Below are positions 45,501-60,182 of a stretch of DNA of 64,000 nucleotides, one piece after another. The notes under the pieces are model-generated. The model saw only the letters and a program-made list of their open reading frames with translations. It was not told the origin of the DNA and did no database searches. The number at the start of each line of letters is the position of its first letter. Within the stretch, counting starts at the first letter, position 1. The translations under genes were made by a program, and so were the position numbers. This stretch comes from the human T2T-CHM13v2.0 reference genome, Homo sapiens: the NCBI RefSeq assembly GCF_009914755.1, contig NC_060932.1; one strand, 5' to 3'.

Positions 45501-46849
45501 GCTTTGTCAGGTTCAGTTTAACTCTGTACGCATTTCATTTGTCCAAATAACTTTGTGAGTGAATGGAGAACACAAACTGGGCTGCATTTTGTATGGAGGT
45601 CAAGGGTGATCGAAAGAGAGCATCCCTAGTAAAAAGTTATTTCCCTAAGGGTTAAAGATTGAGAATTGGATAGACCCTGGAGAACCAGAAGGGTGATGTC
45701 AGAAAGGTAGAAGTAAGTAGATCAAAGTGTTTGTCCCACGCAAATTGGCAGCGCTTGTCAGAGTGTCTTGGCATCTAATCTCTCCCCTCTGCCCTTTCCC
45801 ACCCCCATTCATTCCTAACTGTTCCAAAATTAACTTAGAACATCTTTATTCTTTGCCAGCATTAGGTGGGGATGGAGAGTCCTGTTGCCTGTAAACAGCA
45901 GTGACTTTTGTAAGGAAGTATAACATATTGTTTAAAAAAATAAAATAATGAATTCAGTTTTTACATCAGTTTTCGGCACAGTGGCCTAAATAGACCAAAT
46001 GTAGCATACTTTTAATTTCTATACCTTTGTATGGTAAAAACACATAAAAACAAAAAAAAATAGGTCATTCTGTTTTTCGTGAGAACTGCCTTATTTCCAG
46101 GATTAATTCTGTATGACTGAGAGAGCTTGAATTATTTCCAAAAGGATAGCTTTGCATTTTCTTTTCTTGTTAATCAGTCTCTACTCATTTCATAATTTTC
46201 TCCTTCAGTTTTTTTTTTGTATTTGAGCTTTGCTTTTTCCCTTTTCTCATGTTCATACCTTAAAGATTGTCTACCTTTTGTAGAAAAAAATATTATTCTG
46301 ATAGGAATACTTTTTAAAATTTGTGTGAAAGAAATGTAAATACATATATAAGATAGAAAGGAAACTGGAGAAGAAAATAATATGGAAATGAAATAGTATA
46401 TATAAGGCATATAGGTTAAGTCCAGTGAAACTGTATAAGGTAAACATATACACTGTTAAGCAGTCTCCAAAGCATGATTGATGTAAGTACCTAAACAATA
46501 ACTTTATATAATTTTGGGGGGGTATAATAACCTTCATATATAACTTGTTACATATGTATCATTCATTTTCTTCAGATGACTTTTTATAGAAGCTTGAAAT
46601 TCAAGCTCAAAACTCATTTCTTATTATGATCTGAGAATTTTTTCTTTAATTCATTTCCTTTCTGCATCTCTTATGACAATTTTGTATTTTCTAAGTCAGA
46701 TAGTTAAGAAAATCTTTGTTTTCAGGAGTTCATCATAATGCATTTCTATATGTTTAGGACTGTATTAACATTGTTTATTTTGACAGAGCAGGCAAAATGT
46801 GAAGTACCTACATACACTTTTATGGCTCTCACTTCTTGAAAATTTTAAA

Positions 46850-47085
46850 GCATTTATTGAGTATTTATTACATTCCAAGTACTATTCTAAGTATCTTACA
46901 TGTATTAAATACTTTAATTCTCACACAGCCCTACGAATACTAAGATTCTAGTTTTACAGGTGATGAAACTGAGAGGCAGGTGGGTTAAGTAATTGGCCCT
47001 ACACCTCAAGGCTAGAAAGTGAAGGAACTGAGATTTGAACCCTGGTCAACTATCTTCAGAATCATAACTGCTCATCACTCTGCAA
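46850..47085 (-). mobile_element. MIR
   Basis: 'catttattgagtattta...ttttacaggtgatgaaactgaga...ggttaagtaattggcc'. Confidence 0.8.
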
Positions 47086-47518
47086 CACGTGCTTTCAGGC
47101 AAGCGTTAGTCAGTGCAGCTCAGGGAAAACAGGAGGCAAGTTGACTACTTATGCAGATTGCTGAGAAATATAACAGGAGGGAAGAACAGAATGGAAAACA
47201 TGCTTCTTACCTAATATGAGACATTTTTCCCTAGGGAAAACAGAACTTTGGCTATTTCCCTTCAAGCAGAAGAAAATATGTTCACACAGAGGGAAAGAGG
47301 AGGAAATGAAAAGGGCTGTTTGGATCAGATGGCTGAATCGCCAGTAACCCGAGTGCTTAGCGTAGGCTGCTCTCAAACGTATAGTTGCTCATTAAACTTT
47401 AATTTTCATTGCATGCTACCTGATCTGGTTTAGTGAAGGCTCTTTTATGCAACCTAAACTTATGGGAATTTTGTGATGTATTTAATTTCCACAAAACCTA
47501 ACATACTTGATATGTCCT

Positions 47519-47808
<290 letters not shown>

Positions 47809-49146
47809 TGTTATGTCCTATACATATCAGCCAACCATAACTGTCAGTGTAAGTAGTTCAAAATTTCTCCTAAGAATTACTCTTAAACACCTACTCTCTT
47901 CCCCTGAAAATGAGTTAACTACTTAGTAAGTAACCTTTCTCACAGAAAAACTAGATGTTTTCTCTGGAATTCTTTCCCTTGCAGCCATCCCCTGGAAAGC
48001 CTTGTTTTAGAACTGACACCATTTATATGGCTTGGCATCTCGACTGCATTTGTTTCCCCATCTGGCACTTCTCGGGGTGAAAGTGTTCATTTTGGTGTTC
48101 TGCAGAGTGCATTTTGAGAAATGTGTACACACTACAAGTGAAATTCACATCTCAGGCTAAGACTATACCCTCAGCATTGCAATGTGATATTAGCAAAAGT
48201 GCTTTTATAATCCTACCTGCCAACAATTCACATCTATAATTAGGAAAACTACATGATTTCAAAATTACCCAAGTCTTGGAAAGGCTTGTTTTTACCATAT
48301 GTTTTTCTTTTGTAAAAGGTCTATTATTTTCACCGTCTTAAAAAAGGTTCAGTTTGATCAAGTTCTAATTATATTCTCAAGCACATTTTTCAATCCCATA
48401 AAAATAAATCAATAAACCTAGACATTTAAGTCACTTTATCACAACTTGGTCAATCTACATGGTGTGACAACAGATATAAGGAAAGTAGATAAGTCCGCTA
48501 GGATATAAAGAACCAACTTACAGTAAAATAAATAACTAAACTAGAAAAAGAATCTAGAATAAAAACTAGAGATGTAGAAGCAAGAGCATTTTTGACTGCC
48601 GTAAATCAGAGCTTCTTAGCAGCCCACATCCCAAAAGTGGTAGATAGCCAATATTTGTCAGAAATGATGATTGTATACCTAGTGGACAGCTCTAAGCACA
48701 ATTATAAGATTGATTTGGTTTTACAAAACCTTGAAAGAAGTAAACTTAACTGACCAGTGACTTGAGTCTAGCTCCTATCAGATTCCCAATGAGAGCAAAG
48801 AATAAAGAACAAATGGCCAAATATTGGGAAATAGGTATCTTATAGATATGACATATAGATAAATAGATATATTTACTTATATACATACTGTCATATGACC
48901 AATTCATAGGTGTGTTTGATATGGCAGTGTGTGTGTGTATGGTTTTATAACTCTCTCATTCATATTCAGACACAATGCAAATGTAGATAGTATTACTATA
49001 CCATCTATTTGAGATGTAAATATTGTAAAAGCCCTCCTTTGCATATTCCGCAGATGCTAAAAACCACATGTATTTATGTTTTGTTTGGGGTGCTGCTTCT
49101 GTGTGTATGAGTTTTATTGTTACATGAAGTCTTGCTTTAAAAATTT

Positions 49147-49744
49147 GGCTGGGCATGATGGCTTATGCCTGTCATCCTAGCACTTTGGGAGGCCAAGGCT
49201 GGTGGATCACTTGAGCTCAAGAGTTTGAGACTAGCCTGGGCAACATGGAGAAAAATAGGCCAGGCGCGGTGGCTCGTGCCTGTAATCCCAACACTTTGGG
49301 AGGCCGAGGCAGGTAGATCACTTGAGGTCAGGACTTTGAAACCAGCCTGACCGACATGGTGAAACCCTGTCTCTACTAAAAATACAAAAAATTCAGCCAG
49401 GCCTGGTGGCACATGCCTGTAGTCCCAGCTACTCAGGAGGCTGAGGCAGGAGAATCACATGAACTCAGGAGGTAGATGTTGCAGTGAGCCAAGATTGCGC
49501 CACTGCACTCCAGCCTGGGCAACAGAGTGAGACTCCGTCTCAAAAAAAAAAAGAAAAAAAGATGGCCGGGATGGTGGCAAGCACTTAAAGCCCCACAGCT
49601 CCAGTAAGTCCGGAGGCTGAGGTGGGAGGATGGCTTGAGCCCAGGAGGCAGAAGTTGCAGTAAGCCGAGATCAGACTGCTGCACTCCACTCTTGGCAACA
49701 GAGACAGAATCTGTCTCAAAAAAAAAAAAAAAAAAGGAAAAAAA
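49147..49744 (+). mobile_element. AluJ split by a full-length AluS (49258-49560)
   Basis: J-type left arm 49147-49257, full S dimer, J-type right arm 49561-49744. Confidence 0.9.
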
Positions 49745-50141
49745 TGCCAATTCATTCTTGCTTTCTACCTGCTGCTGTTGTTTTCCAGAAGTCTGCAGCT
49801 ATGCTGAATGATTTGAACAGGAACATCAAGGCATCTTCAAAACATTTCTGTTCTCTCCTTATGCTCACCTTATAAAGCTGCAAGGAAACATTGTGTCATT
49901 AATTTTCTATACATAGCGTGCTTGGCAAATCTTGGAGAATAAGCAACATCTCCCAGGGTGGTTGTGTGCATAACATGAGAATATTCGTTGAAGCACTTTG
50001 TAAACGATAAAACATTACACATAGTAAGTCATTGTTATCATTGGCATTACTTTAATGTAGTAGAATGGAATCCAGGACTGGAATAAGCCATTCATGTCAC
50101 TAAGGAAGAGAATGGAAATTAATATCCAATGAAACACCTTC

Positions 50142-50469
<328 letters not shown>

Positions 50470-51262
50470 AAACACCTTCTTATAGCAGAGTACCAGGAGC
50501 TTAACTAGAAGTTTTACATAAGTTACCTCATGTATTGAACAGCATTCATAGGAAATACTGGAACTCTTAAAGGAACCAAATAGAGTTTGTATTGAATACA
50601 AATGTAGCTCCATAGAGAAGATTAGACATCATGAATTTTCATTTGAGAATGAATCATCTTGCCAATTTATATCATTTTCCTGCAAAAGCTTATTGGCTTG
50701 GTCATGTACTTTACTAGTCAATGACCAGTTATTATGGAGTTGTCAGAACTTGGCCAAGACCATAAGCTCTATATTACATGCAAAATCTTAGTATTATTAC
50801 TATTTATACAACTTCAGCGTTGTGAACTGGTGGCACCATGAACTCCATTTTCTTCGTGATCATTGTCACTTCATCACCTTGTACTAACTCTGCACGTGGT
50901 TTTTGACAATTTGTTTATCTTTTAAATTTACCCCTGAAGCCCACCTGTTTGGGCATCCATTAGTTCTTAGACTCATGAAGATCTTCACCCACTGACTTGA
51001 CATTGTCTGTTCTCAATGGTTGTGATCTCTGCCCTCAAATAAAATATGATGTTACAGTATGTATATATCTCAGTGAGTTGCTGTTGAAGGGTCTCATAAA
51101 AATGTGATGACAGGGAAGAAGGAAAGGCAGTTTTCCACCACAATCTTCTCCAGGATTCTAAAGTTTAAGGACATAAACAGTAAGTCAGAAGCAGCCGGGC
51201 TATAGGTGCTGCCCTTTACTTCTACCGGGATAACAGGGAATGTGGATTAAAAGGGGGCTAAG

Positions 51263-51558
<296 letters not shown>

Positions 51559-52115
51559 CTAAGTACAAAGAAGGAAGTTATTACTACTTTTATCCATTCT
51601 TTTAATTACTAAGCAGTTAGTGCTGTTGTGTGGACTTTCTTCTTTCCCTCCTAGGGAAAAAAGACTAAAAGAAATAACTATAATGCAAAGCAGTGTGAAC
51701 TATATCCATTATGATGCAATTGGAAGTTCTGGATGCAAAACATCAAAATTATGTTCTGACAATGGCTAGCAGTATTTACATATCTATAAAGGTACAGAAC
51801 ACCAGCCTGGTTCATACTCAGCTTATCAAATCTGCTACCTGTTGTTGCTATTAGGACTATAAAATAGAGATTTGTTAAAGGTGGCCATGCCATTTATTTA
51901 CTTTATGATAAGAAATTGTATAGAGGCTAGATATTGAGTCTTGTGATCTCACTCCATGATAGACTTTACAGTATCAACTTAGTAACGTATCATACAGAGC
52001 ATGTCGTCGTCACCGTTTCTAAAATGTTCAGTGAGCCAAGAGCAAGTCCACAGTCACAGGGCAGGTACAGTGAGTTTCCTGTGTGCAGAAACAGAAACCT
52101 CTGAATCTTGCACAC

Positions 52116-52131
52116 TGCCACCAGGGGTCAG
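52116..52131 (+). promoter_or_regulatory. CTCF-like motif next to a GC box
   Basis: CCACCAGGGGTCAG (1 mismatch) followed by gggcggg. Confidence 0.35.
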
Positions 52132-54322
52132 GGACCGGGCGGGAGGAGAAGGCACTCTGGCAGAAAGGAAATGTTATATTACCCTGAGAAGCACAGGAAT
52201 CAAAATTCCTGTCTCCTCTTCTTGAAAGCAGCTCACTGCTAGCTGAGCAAGGTTCGAAGGAAGGACCTCAGAAATGTTCTGCCAGCGCAAAGGTATGTGT
52301 AAGTGCTCTCTTAGTGGCTTTAAATAAGTTATTTTGGAAAGTCAGATACAGCGGACATTAAAGGGCACACTTTATGTTGCATTTTCAAAGTCCAGATGAG
52401 CTGTATGGATCTGTGACGATGCAGTTGGAGGTTCTATAGCTACTGCCTCCAAAATGCAAATGTTTGGCTGGGGAGGTTAGGAGGGATTAAACTGTGTCAG
52501 AACACTGAATCTAAATAGAATATCTTTCTAAAAAGACTTTACATGTGTGTAAATTATTTCTCTATGATTTGCTGTAGATACTGCTGCTAATTATGATTCC
52601 ATAAGTACTCCCAGAAATAGATTCAGACATAATGATTTTGAGTCTCTTCATGTCCAGTGGCCATTTGTAACAAGTCCTTAGCGATTTATTTTTTATTCAT
52701 TCATAGGACAACATTTGTCAGTAAGATTTCCATGTTGCCTTACCTTATTCTTCACTCAAAAATTGTCCCTAACTCGGGTAATGGCAGTGATCAAGTCACA
52801 TGCTCTCACTTTTGTCACCACTGTATTCTGGGTTTCAAAGACTTGTAATTCATTTCATTAAGACTCTCCAAACCATCCCCTTAAACATTTGTTTAAATGT
52901 CTCTGTTCTTCATTAGCGTTTTATTACGTTACATTCTCTAGGCTCCAGAAAAACGAGGCAAGAAATAGGAGGATTTTTTTTTTTGCCTTTTTTCTTTTTT
53001 TTGGTTGAAGTTTTGGTCAAACAAGCCAAAATAACATTATCATTAAACAGATCGACCTGTACTTTTAAATGGAAGGAATAAAGATATAAAAAGAACTGAG
53101 GCGTGTAAGTAACCTCTTTGATTTTTAATGGCATGCAGCAGATGGAATTCATTATTGACTTTAAAAAATGAAATTGCTCTGCATTATTATTTATTTATAG
53201 TTTTGCCTTTCAAAAGAAGTAATTACCATTACTAGGTTAGTTTTTCCTCAATCACAAGCAACTGTGTGACAGTATCAGAATGTATAATATACTTTACCAC
53301 TTATTTAGACATGAGGCTTAATGATGTTGCAGGACATTATCCCTTTTTAAGTTAGTAATAAATTTATGAGCATAATGCACAGCTAAGAGGTTGACTATCT
53401 TTTCTTTTTATCTGGGTAATTTCAAAAGCAATTATTTCATATCATAAGACAATTTATTTATGAAATTCTCATTGCTGAAACAAAAGTGTTTTTAATTAGA
53501 AATAATCTAATTTCATTTTTCCAGTTCAGCACACAGATACTGTGATGATAATCATAATTTATACAAAATTATCAAGTGAAATGTTTAGGTGATTGGTTTT
53601 GAGCCCAAACAATTTTTTAATTTTAATCACAAATTCTAAAACTTTTAAGTCATTGGGGAGGTTGATAACCAGTCATAACAAAATTTAATTTTTAAGCAAT
53701 GCCAAATATTTAATCAATTATATCTAGTTCAAATTTGAGAGGTACTAAAATTGCCTTTGTAATAAAAAAATACACAAGAAAGGATAAAAATTTTTAGTAT
53801 TAAACATGGAGCTGTCAACGCTATAAAAATGTATGAACCCCTTTTCAAAGCTGATGTTTTAAGGTATCATTTCATATACAGGACAGCATTTATATTTAAT
53901 AAGATCAGGAGATTTGGCGTGAGCAGGATTCAGACCACTTTTGAATTTCAATGAAACTCCTGGTTCAATTAGATCCCTCTTCCCATCCTTCTTACCCCTC
54001 CCCAGCCCATTCTCCTTTCCCCTTGCTGCTTCTGCCTCTGTATTCCTCTCTCTCCTCCTCCCTCCTATGCCTTATATCCTCTTGGCACTTTTACACTGAG
54101 ACATCTACAAGTGGATCTGCTGTCTTCAGCAGTGGTCATTGTTGTGAAACTGAAGGATAGCAATGAATATTTCATATATAGCACTTAAACCTCTTCATCT
54201 AGATTATGCATTTTGCTTCATTGTACCCATCCATAGGCACTTAATAAGTGCTTATCGATTGTCTAGTGAGATTGTATTATAACTGATTTTGAGACTTTTC
54301 ATACCCTCTGCAGTTACTAGTA

Positions 54323-54494
54323 CTATATTTCTTTGATTCTAAGATGTACATTTTTTTCAAATTTTAACTTTTTAAAATCTAAAATCACCTTGTGATCAAG
54401 CTGTATTGTGATTTAATTGACAGTTTTTTTTTCAATCTTTCTTTCTTGGTCATGCGTCTCACAATCAGTGGTATCTTAGATTGATGAAATGCAG
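54323..54494. mobile_element. MER104-like Tc2/mariner MITE
   Basis: TIR pair 'ctatatttctttgattctaaga' and 'tcttagattgatgaaatgcag'; preceded by TA. Confidence 0.7.
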
Positions 54495-55377
54495 CAGTGA
54501 AAATATATACCTAAGTTTGTGACTTGTATAATATGTTAAAGGCCATATATTTGGAACTTCATAAAGTCTTCTTTTTTCCTTACGTGGCTTATCTGTGGCC
54601 AATTTTTGTCTCTCCTCACTACATTCTTCCACTCTGGCTTCCTGGCACTGTGGTTCTAACTGTTCTTAGGCCACTGTCTTGACTGAGCTCCCTGGAAAAT
54701 ACTCAGAGAATTTTATTAGTAATTACCAATATTCAACTGTAATGAAATGGACAGGGAACAAGTTTTTAAAACTGAAGACCCACATTCAAATTATGTTTCT
54801 GCTCATTAAAAGCTATGTGTATTTAGCAATCTGATAATTATTCCCAGAGCTTCAAATTACACATCTAAAGAAGGAAATAATACAAATAATTTCTTTATCT
54901 ATAAATTAAGACAATTAGTAAAAAATATTGTACCAGTAAAAATAGTGAAAATGAAATGTGTATGACAGTACTTTTTAAGCCATGAAGTACTGTTAAATTA
55001 TAAACCATAAGGATCAACATTAAATGAAACATTATTAGAAATGTGTGAGTAGAAAGTTAGGGAAAGGAAAGAAGGAAAAATTAAATAATTCATTCCAAAT
55101 TAGAAAGTTTTAAATTATCATTGGAAATGATGATATGACCCATTAACTAGCTTTCTGAATTTAGAGGAGAACCGTGAAATCTATCTTCAGATTATTTCTT
55201 GCATATCAGAGTCCTGTCTGTTCTGAACTCCAGTGCTGAATGCATGCCAATCTCTGAGAGCTTGTATCCTTTATTGAATTAGCAAGCCACAACCCACAGT
55301 CTCTCTGTGGTATTAAAAATAAAAGAGATTACTTAGATTCCCCACTTCCTTTCCTGCCTTGATTCTTTCCATTTAAA

Positions 55378-55580
55378 AGTGAGACCCCTGTCTCTACAAA
55401 AAATTCAAAACTAACTGGGCGTGGTTGTGCATGCCTGTAGTCCTAGCTACTTAGAAGACTGAGGTGAGAGGATTGCTTGAGTCCGGGAGTTCCAGGCTGC
55501 AATGAGCTATGACGGCACCAATTCACTCCAGCCTGGGCAACAGAGTGAGATGCTGTCTCTAAAAAAAACAAAAACAAAAA
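55378..55580 (+). mobile_element. 5'-truncated AluJ (linker plus right arm)
   Basis: 'ggattgcttgagtccgggagttccaggctgcaatgagctatg'. Confidence 0.9.
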
Positions 55581-56164
55581 TGAATTGTATTGGTTTTCAC
55601 AGTTTCAAAAACATTCAATAAGAGTAAAAAAAAAAAAAACTTGTTATTTTTGCATCTTTAAAAGACAGGATACTTCAATGGCACTTGAAATAGTACTGTT
55701 GAATAGAAATTCCATTGCAATAGTAACTATAAAACACAAGATTATCCATTAAAAGTTAATATATTTAGTATATGTGTTACTTTTGAGGATAGGGATACTT
55801 TGAAAAGGCAAGAATAAAGAAAAGAAGGAAGTGCCATATTAAAGGCATGTGCAGGTTAAAAGGGGAATTGAAGGAGAGGGAATTCTTAGTCATTACTTGA
55901 AAATTATATTTTTCTACTATACTACATCTGTCAGTGGAAAGTCTAAATCACTTTATTTCCAAAGACCACAAGTTGTGACTCTGACATGAACATTTAGTCA
56001 TATACTGGGGTTTAAAAAATGTTCCCATTTCAATGTATTATTAATAACAACAAACACATCAGACCCACTTGATGTTAACTGCTATACTTAGTGCTTTTAA
56101 TTCACCAATTCATTAACATGTTAACACATTTTGGCATGATAATATATTATTCATATATTAAACT

Positions 56165-56559
56165 ATATTCTTATTTCCATTAATGGAAGCATCATTTCTC
56201 TAGCTATTCAGGCCAGAAACATTGGTGTAATTCTAGGCCTTCTCTTTCTTACTGACCCTGCATCTAATCAGCCCAGAGATCCTGTTGGCTCTCTTCTCAG
56301 AATAAACCCAGAATCTGTCCAGTCCTTACCACTTGCACTGCTTCCTCCTCGGTCCAAACACCATCATCTTTTGACTGCACTGTGCAAGAGACTCCCAACC
56401 GGCCTCCTGTCTCTGCTTTTGCTCCCCAATCCCCACCCCAGTCAGTTTTCAGTGAGGCAACTGGGAGGAATGTGGTTCAAACATGAATCTCATTGTATCG
56501 CTCCTTTGTCCAAACCCAAAGTCCTAATCATGGCCCACAGGGCCCTAACTGATCACCCC

Positions 56560-56599
<40 letters not shown>

Positions 56600-57032
56600 C
56601 TTACTTCATATAATTCCCCCGCCATTACTCCACTCCGACTTCACTAGTCTCTTTGCTATTCCTTGAACACACCATGCCTGCTTCTTTCTCAAGGCCTTTG
56701 CAATTTGTGTGCCCTCTACCTTGAAGGCTCTCCTCCTAGAGATCCACATAGCCAACTTCCTCACTTTCTTCGGGTTCTTATAAAATTGTCTTTTCAGTGA
56801 GACCTTCCCTGGCCACTGTACCTAAAATTTCAAATCCCCTGCCCATCAACAGTTCACATACACTCTTCTCTGCTTTTTTTCTTTTTCTCCTTACACTAAC
56901 ACATATTTGTCTACCTTATTGGAATACAAACATTATAAAAAATGAATTTTTGTCTTTTTCCCTCCATATTCTAGCCCTTGTACCAAGAGCAGGGCCTAAT
57001 ACGTAGAATGTCTTCAAACATTATTTGTTGAA
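56165..57032 (+). mobile_element. L2 3' portion containing (CA)n at 56563-56597
   Basis: 'ccattaatggaagcatc...caggccagaaacattgg', 'cagtgagaccttccctggccac', end 'tatttgttgaat'. Confidence 0.82.
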
Positions 57033-57039
57033 TATATCC

Positions 57040-57200
57040 TCAGTTAACCCTGTACCCTCAATAGGTACAATTATTACCCCCATTTTACAGATGAGGAAGT
57101 TAAGGACAGAAAAATTAAGAAACTTATTCAAAGTCAAACAAGCTAAGCAAGCGTCAGAGCTAAGATTCAAACCCAAGACCCTGGCTCCAAAATATATGTT
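57040..57200 (-). mobile_element. MIR
   Basis: 'attattacccccattttacagatgaggaagttaagg'. Confidence 0.85.
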
Positions 57201-58399
57201 CAGATCACTGACTGAGTAGATTAATTAGAAGAAGAGAGCTACCTATAGATTCCTCTATTCCCTGAGATTTTCTTCAATATGGGTTCCATCCAGTTAAATG
57301 GAAAAATTGTGTCATCTGCTACTGACAACATAGTCAGATATAGTAAAGCTCCTTTTTCTCATTCCTCTTTAATTTCTTTTTGTAAAAAAAAGTATGAGAC
57401 CTTTTAAAAATAGAAAATATATGTATATTTTTTAAAAGCAACCCTAATCCCACCCCTGTGGACATTAAAATAGTAATAATAATGTTAACTTACACAATAG
57501 TAAAAAAAAAACACTAGGGAAAAGTATGAAATGAAAACATGCATTGAATGCCTATTATATTCTGTAATAAGTCGGCACTCTGAGGACATATTTGTTACAT
57601 GGAGTCTAATGAGAGAGACAGACACATACTCAGACAAACTCTAAATTGGAATTCAGAAGAAAAAACATCAAACAGAAGTCTTGTGACAGCTGAAAGTGGG
57701 GCCTGGTAGAGTAAGTTGTGGGGCAGGTGAATAATAGTGGTGGAAAGGGATTGAAGAACTGGAGACTGAAGAAACAGTTTCTGAAAGAGGAGGTGGGAGA
57801 GTACCAAAGAGAAATGTGACTTACCTCACTATTTTGCTATAGAGGATGGGACTTAGTATGAGAGAAGGTTTTTAAATAACATTTTATATGCCGTAGAATA
57901 GAAATTACAGGAAAATCAGTTATTGAAAGGCTGTGTTGAATTTAACTTGTAAAAGGGTATCATTACTTATCCAAATGCATCATGTGAGAAAATTGTCCAG
58001 TTCATTTCCCCAAACTACCTCAATCTATTCCTTCTGACAAACCAGAACAAGAAATTCTGTTTTCCAAATTGTTATTTTTGCTAACACATTAAGCCAGCTT
58101 CAGCTTCCTACAGCACACATACACACACACTATCCTGTGTTATCCTGTGTCTGTTTAGTGTTTTCATTCACATGTGTGTTTTCTTTCCTCTCCACCCTTG
58201 TTTCTCTGGAAAGTCAGGTTTTCGACCAATTATTTCCCTGATTTGACAAGGTCACTCTGAACTTACTTTCATTGAAACCATTGGCAGTATGGTCTAGCTT
58301 AGTGACAGACTGCTGGGTCACTCAGGTCCTTTGATAAAAGGGCATAGTGCCCTTGTATGGTGGCCATTCCAAATAAGGAAGTAAAGAAGGAGTAAGATA

Positions 58400-58700
58400 T
58401 TTAGATAACAAATGTTAAGAAGAAAATAATAGAGTAATGAGACTGGAGTAGGGTAGGGCAGTGGTGCAATTAGCCTGGCTAACGATGGGGGCATCTCTGA
58501 GAAGGTGTCATTAGAATTGAAACCCAAATTGTGAGAAGAAAGCAGAAAAACAAGGATCGGGAAGAATAGCTAACCAGGTAGAGAGAAAAGCCAGGTGGTA
58601 GAAATTAATTTGCTTTGTTCAAGGAACAGAACAAATACCAGTAAGATGGGACAGAGTGGTAGGGGTACAAAAATGAGGTCTCAGAGATAGCTGAGGGCTG
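58400..58700 (-). mobile_element. L2 fragment
   Basis: 'ggcatctctgagaaggtgtcattagaattgaaaccc'. Confidence 0.55.
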
Positions 58701-58898
58701 GGTATACACTCAAACTGACCTTCGTTTACATCTACAAGCACTGGAATTGCTGTTTTTCAGGTGTGTCCCAATTGTAAATCTACCATTATTTATTGTAGAA
58801 AATAACTTCACATTGCTCTGCACTGTAAAAAACCTTTGACATACATTCGCATTTTATTTAACATTTCATAACATCACTTTGAAGTTTGCAGACCTGAT

Positions 58899-59202
58899 GT
58901 TTGTTTTTGGTTTTGTTTCTGAGACAGGATCTCACTCTGTTGCCGGGCTGGAGTACAGTGATGCAATCATGGCTCACTGCAGCCTTGACCTCCCTGAGCT
59001 CAAGTGATCCTCCCACCTCAACACACTAAGGAGCTGGGACTTCAGGCATGTGCCACTATGCCCGGCTAATTTTTCTATTTTTTGTAGAGATGGGGTTTCA
59101 TCACGTTGCCCAAGATGGTATCGAATTCCTGGGCTCAAGCAATCCTCCCACGTTGGCCTCCCAAAGCGCTAGAATTACAGGCATGAGCCACTGCACCTGG
59201 CC
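58899..59202 (-). mobile_element. AluJ
   Basis: 'atcatggctcactgcagccttgacctcc...ctcaagtgatcctccc', 'cctgggctcaagcaatcctccc'. Confidence 0.92.
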
Positions 59203-59367
59203 AAGCCTAATGTTATTTCTGTTTTGTGGATAAGGAAATTATGATACCAAAAGGTTACATGAATTCCATAAAAAGGTCAACTCCCCTTCCCTCCCCATAC
59301 CCCACATGTTTTGACATGCTATGCTTGACACCCATTTTGACTTGCTAGGCTAAATCAAAATTTTCAA

Positions 59368-59465
59368 GCTGGGAGCAGTCGTGTGTACCTGTAATCCCAG
59401 CTTGCTGAGGCAAGAGAATTACTTGAGACCAGCCTGGACAACAAAGTGAGACCACCCCCTTTCAG
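59368..59465 (+). mobile_element. Deleted Alu monomer (FLAM-like)
   Basis: 'cctgtaatcccagc...gagaccagcctggacaacaaagtgagacc'. Confidence 0.75.
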
Positions 59466-60155
59466 AAAGTCAAAACTGCCTTTTAGCTTGGATAGAAAAT
59501 GGATTTGTGACTTTGGTATAACTAAGGGCTCATTATTGCTCAAAACAGGAAAACAAAAAGAATTGCTGCAATGAATGAAAAACAGGCAACCTTGGTTTGT
59601 TCTAATAGCACATGTGTGTAGAGCAAGAATCTACATTCTCTGTTCAGCCACATTTTTTATTCTGCTGGGTGGCTAGTTTATAAATCATGTGTTGGTCACT
59701 GTCAGATTTAAGTTTTAAGTAATTCTCTCTGAAACATGTATTTGAGGAGAGCAGGACAGCTTAGGCCTGGTGAGATATGTTGACAATCTGAACTAGGGTA
59801 ATGATAGTTTAGGTCTCCTCGCTTAGCCATCTTAGTCATTAAGGTGTGTCTGCATTGTATAATCAATAATGTTTCCCAATCTTGTTGAAATGACCTCACA
59901 TGTGATAGCACTTAAAAATTCAAAGAAGTGAGCTATAGTTACTTTTCTTCTATTTTTCATATATTTACTTTATTGTAAACATATATTAGATTATATATGT
60001 CTTTTTAGGAATTTCAGTTATATTTAATACATATTTTTTTCTCTATATGCTTAAAATTGCTTTTAATTTTATATCTTTTCAAATACTAATGTATAATTTT
60101 TAGAATTAAAAAATATTTTCTATCAAGAAGTACTATTGTGCTCTGTTCTGCGTTT

Positions 60156-60182
60156 TGTGTGTGTGTGTGTGTGTGTGTGTGT
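60156..60182. repeat. (TG)n microsatellite
   Basis: About 13 TG units. Confidence 0.97.
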
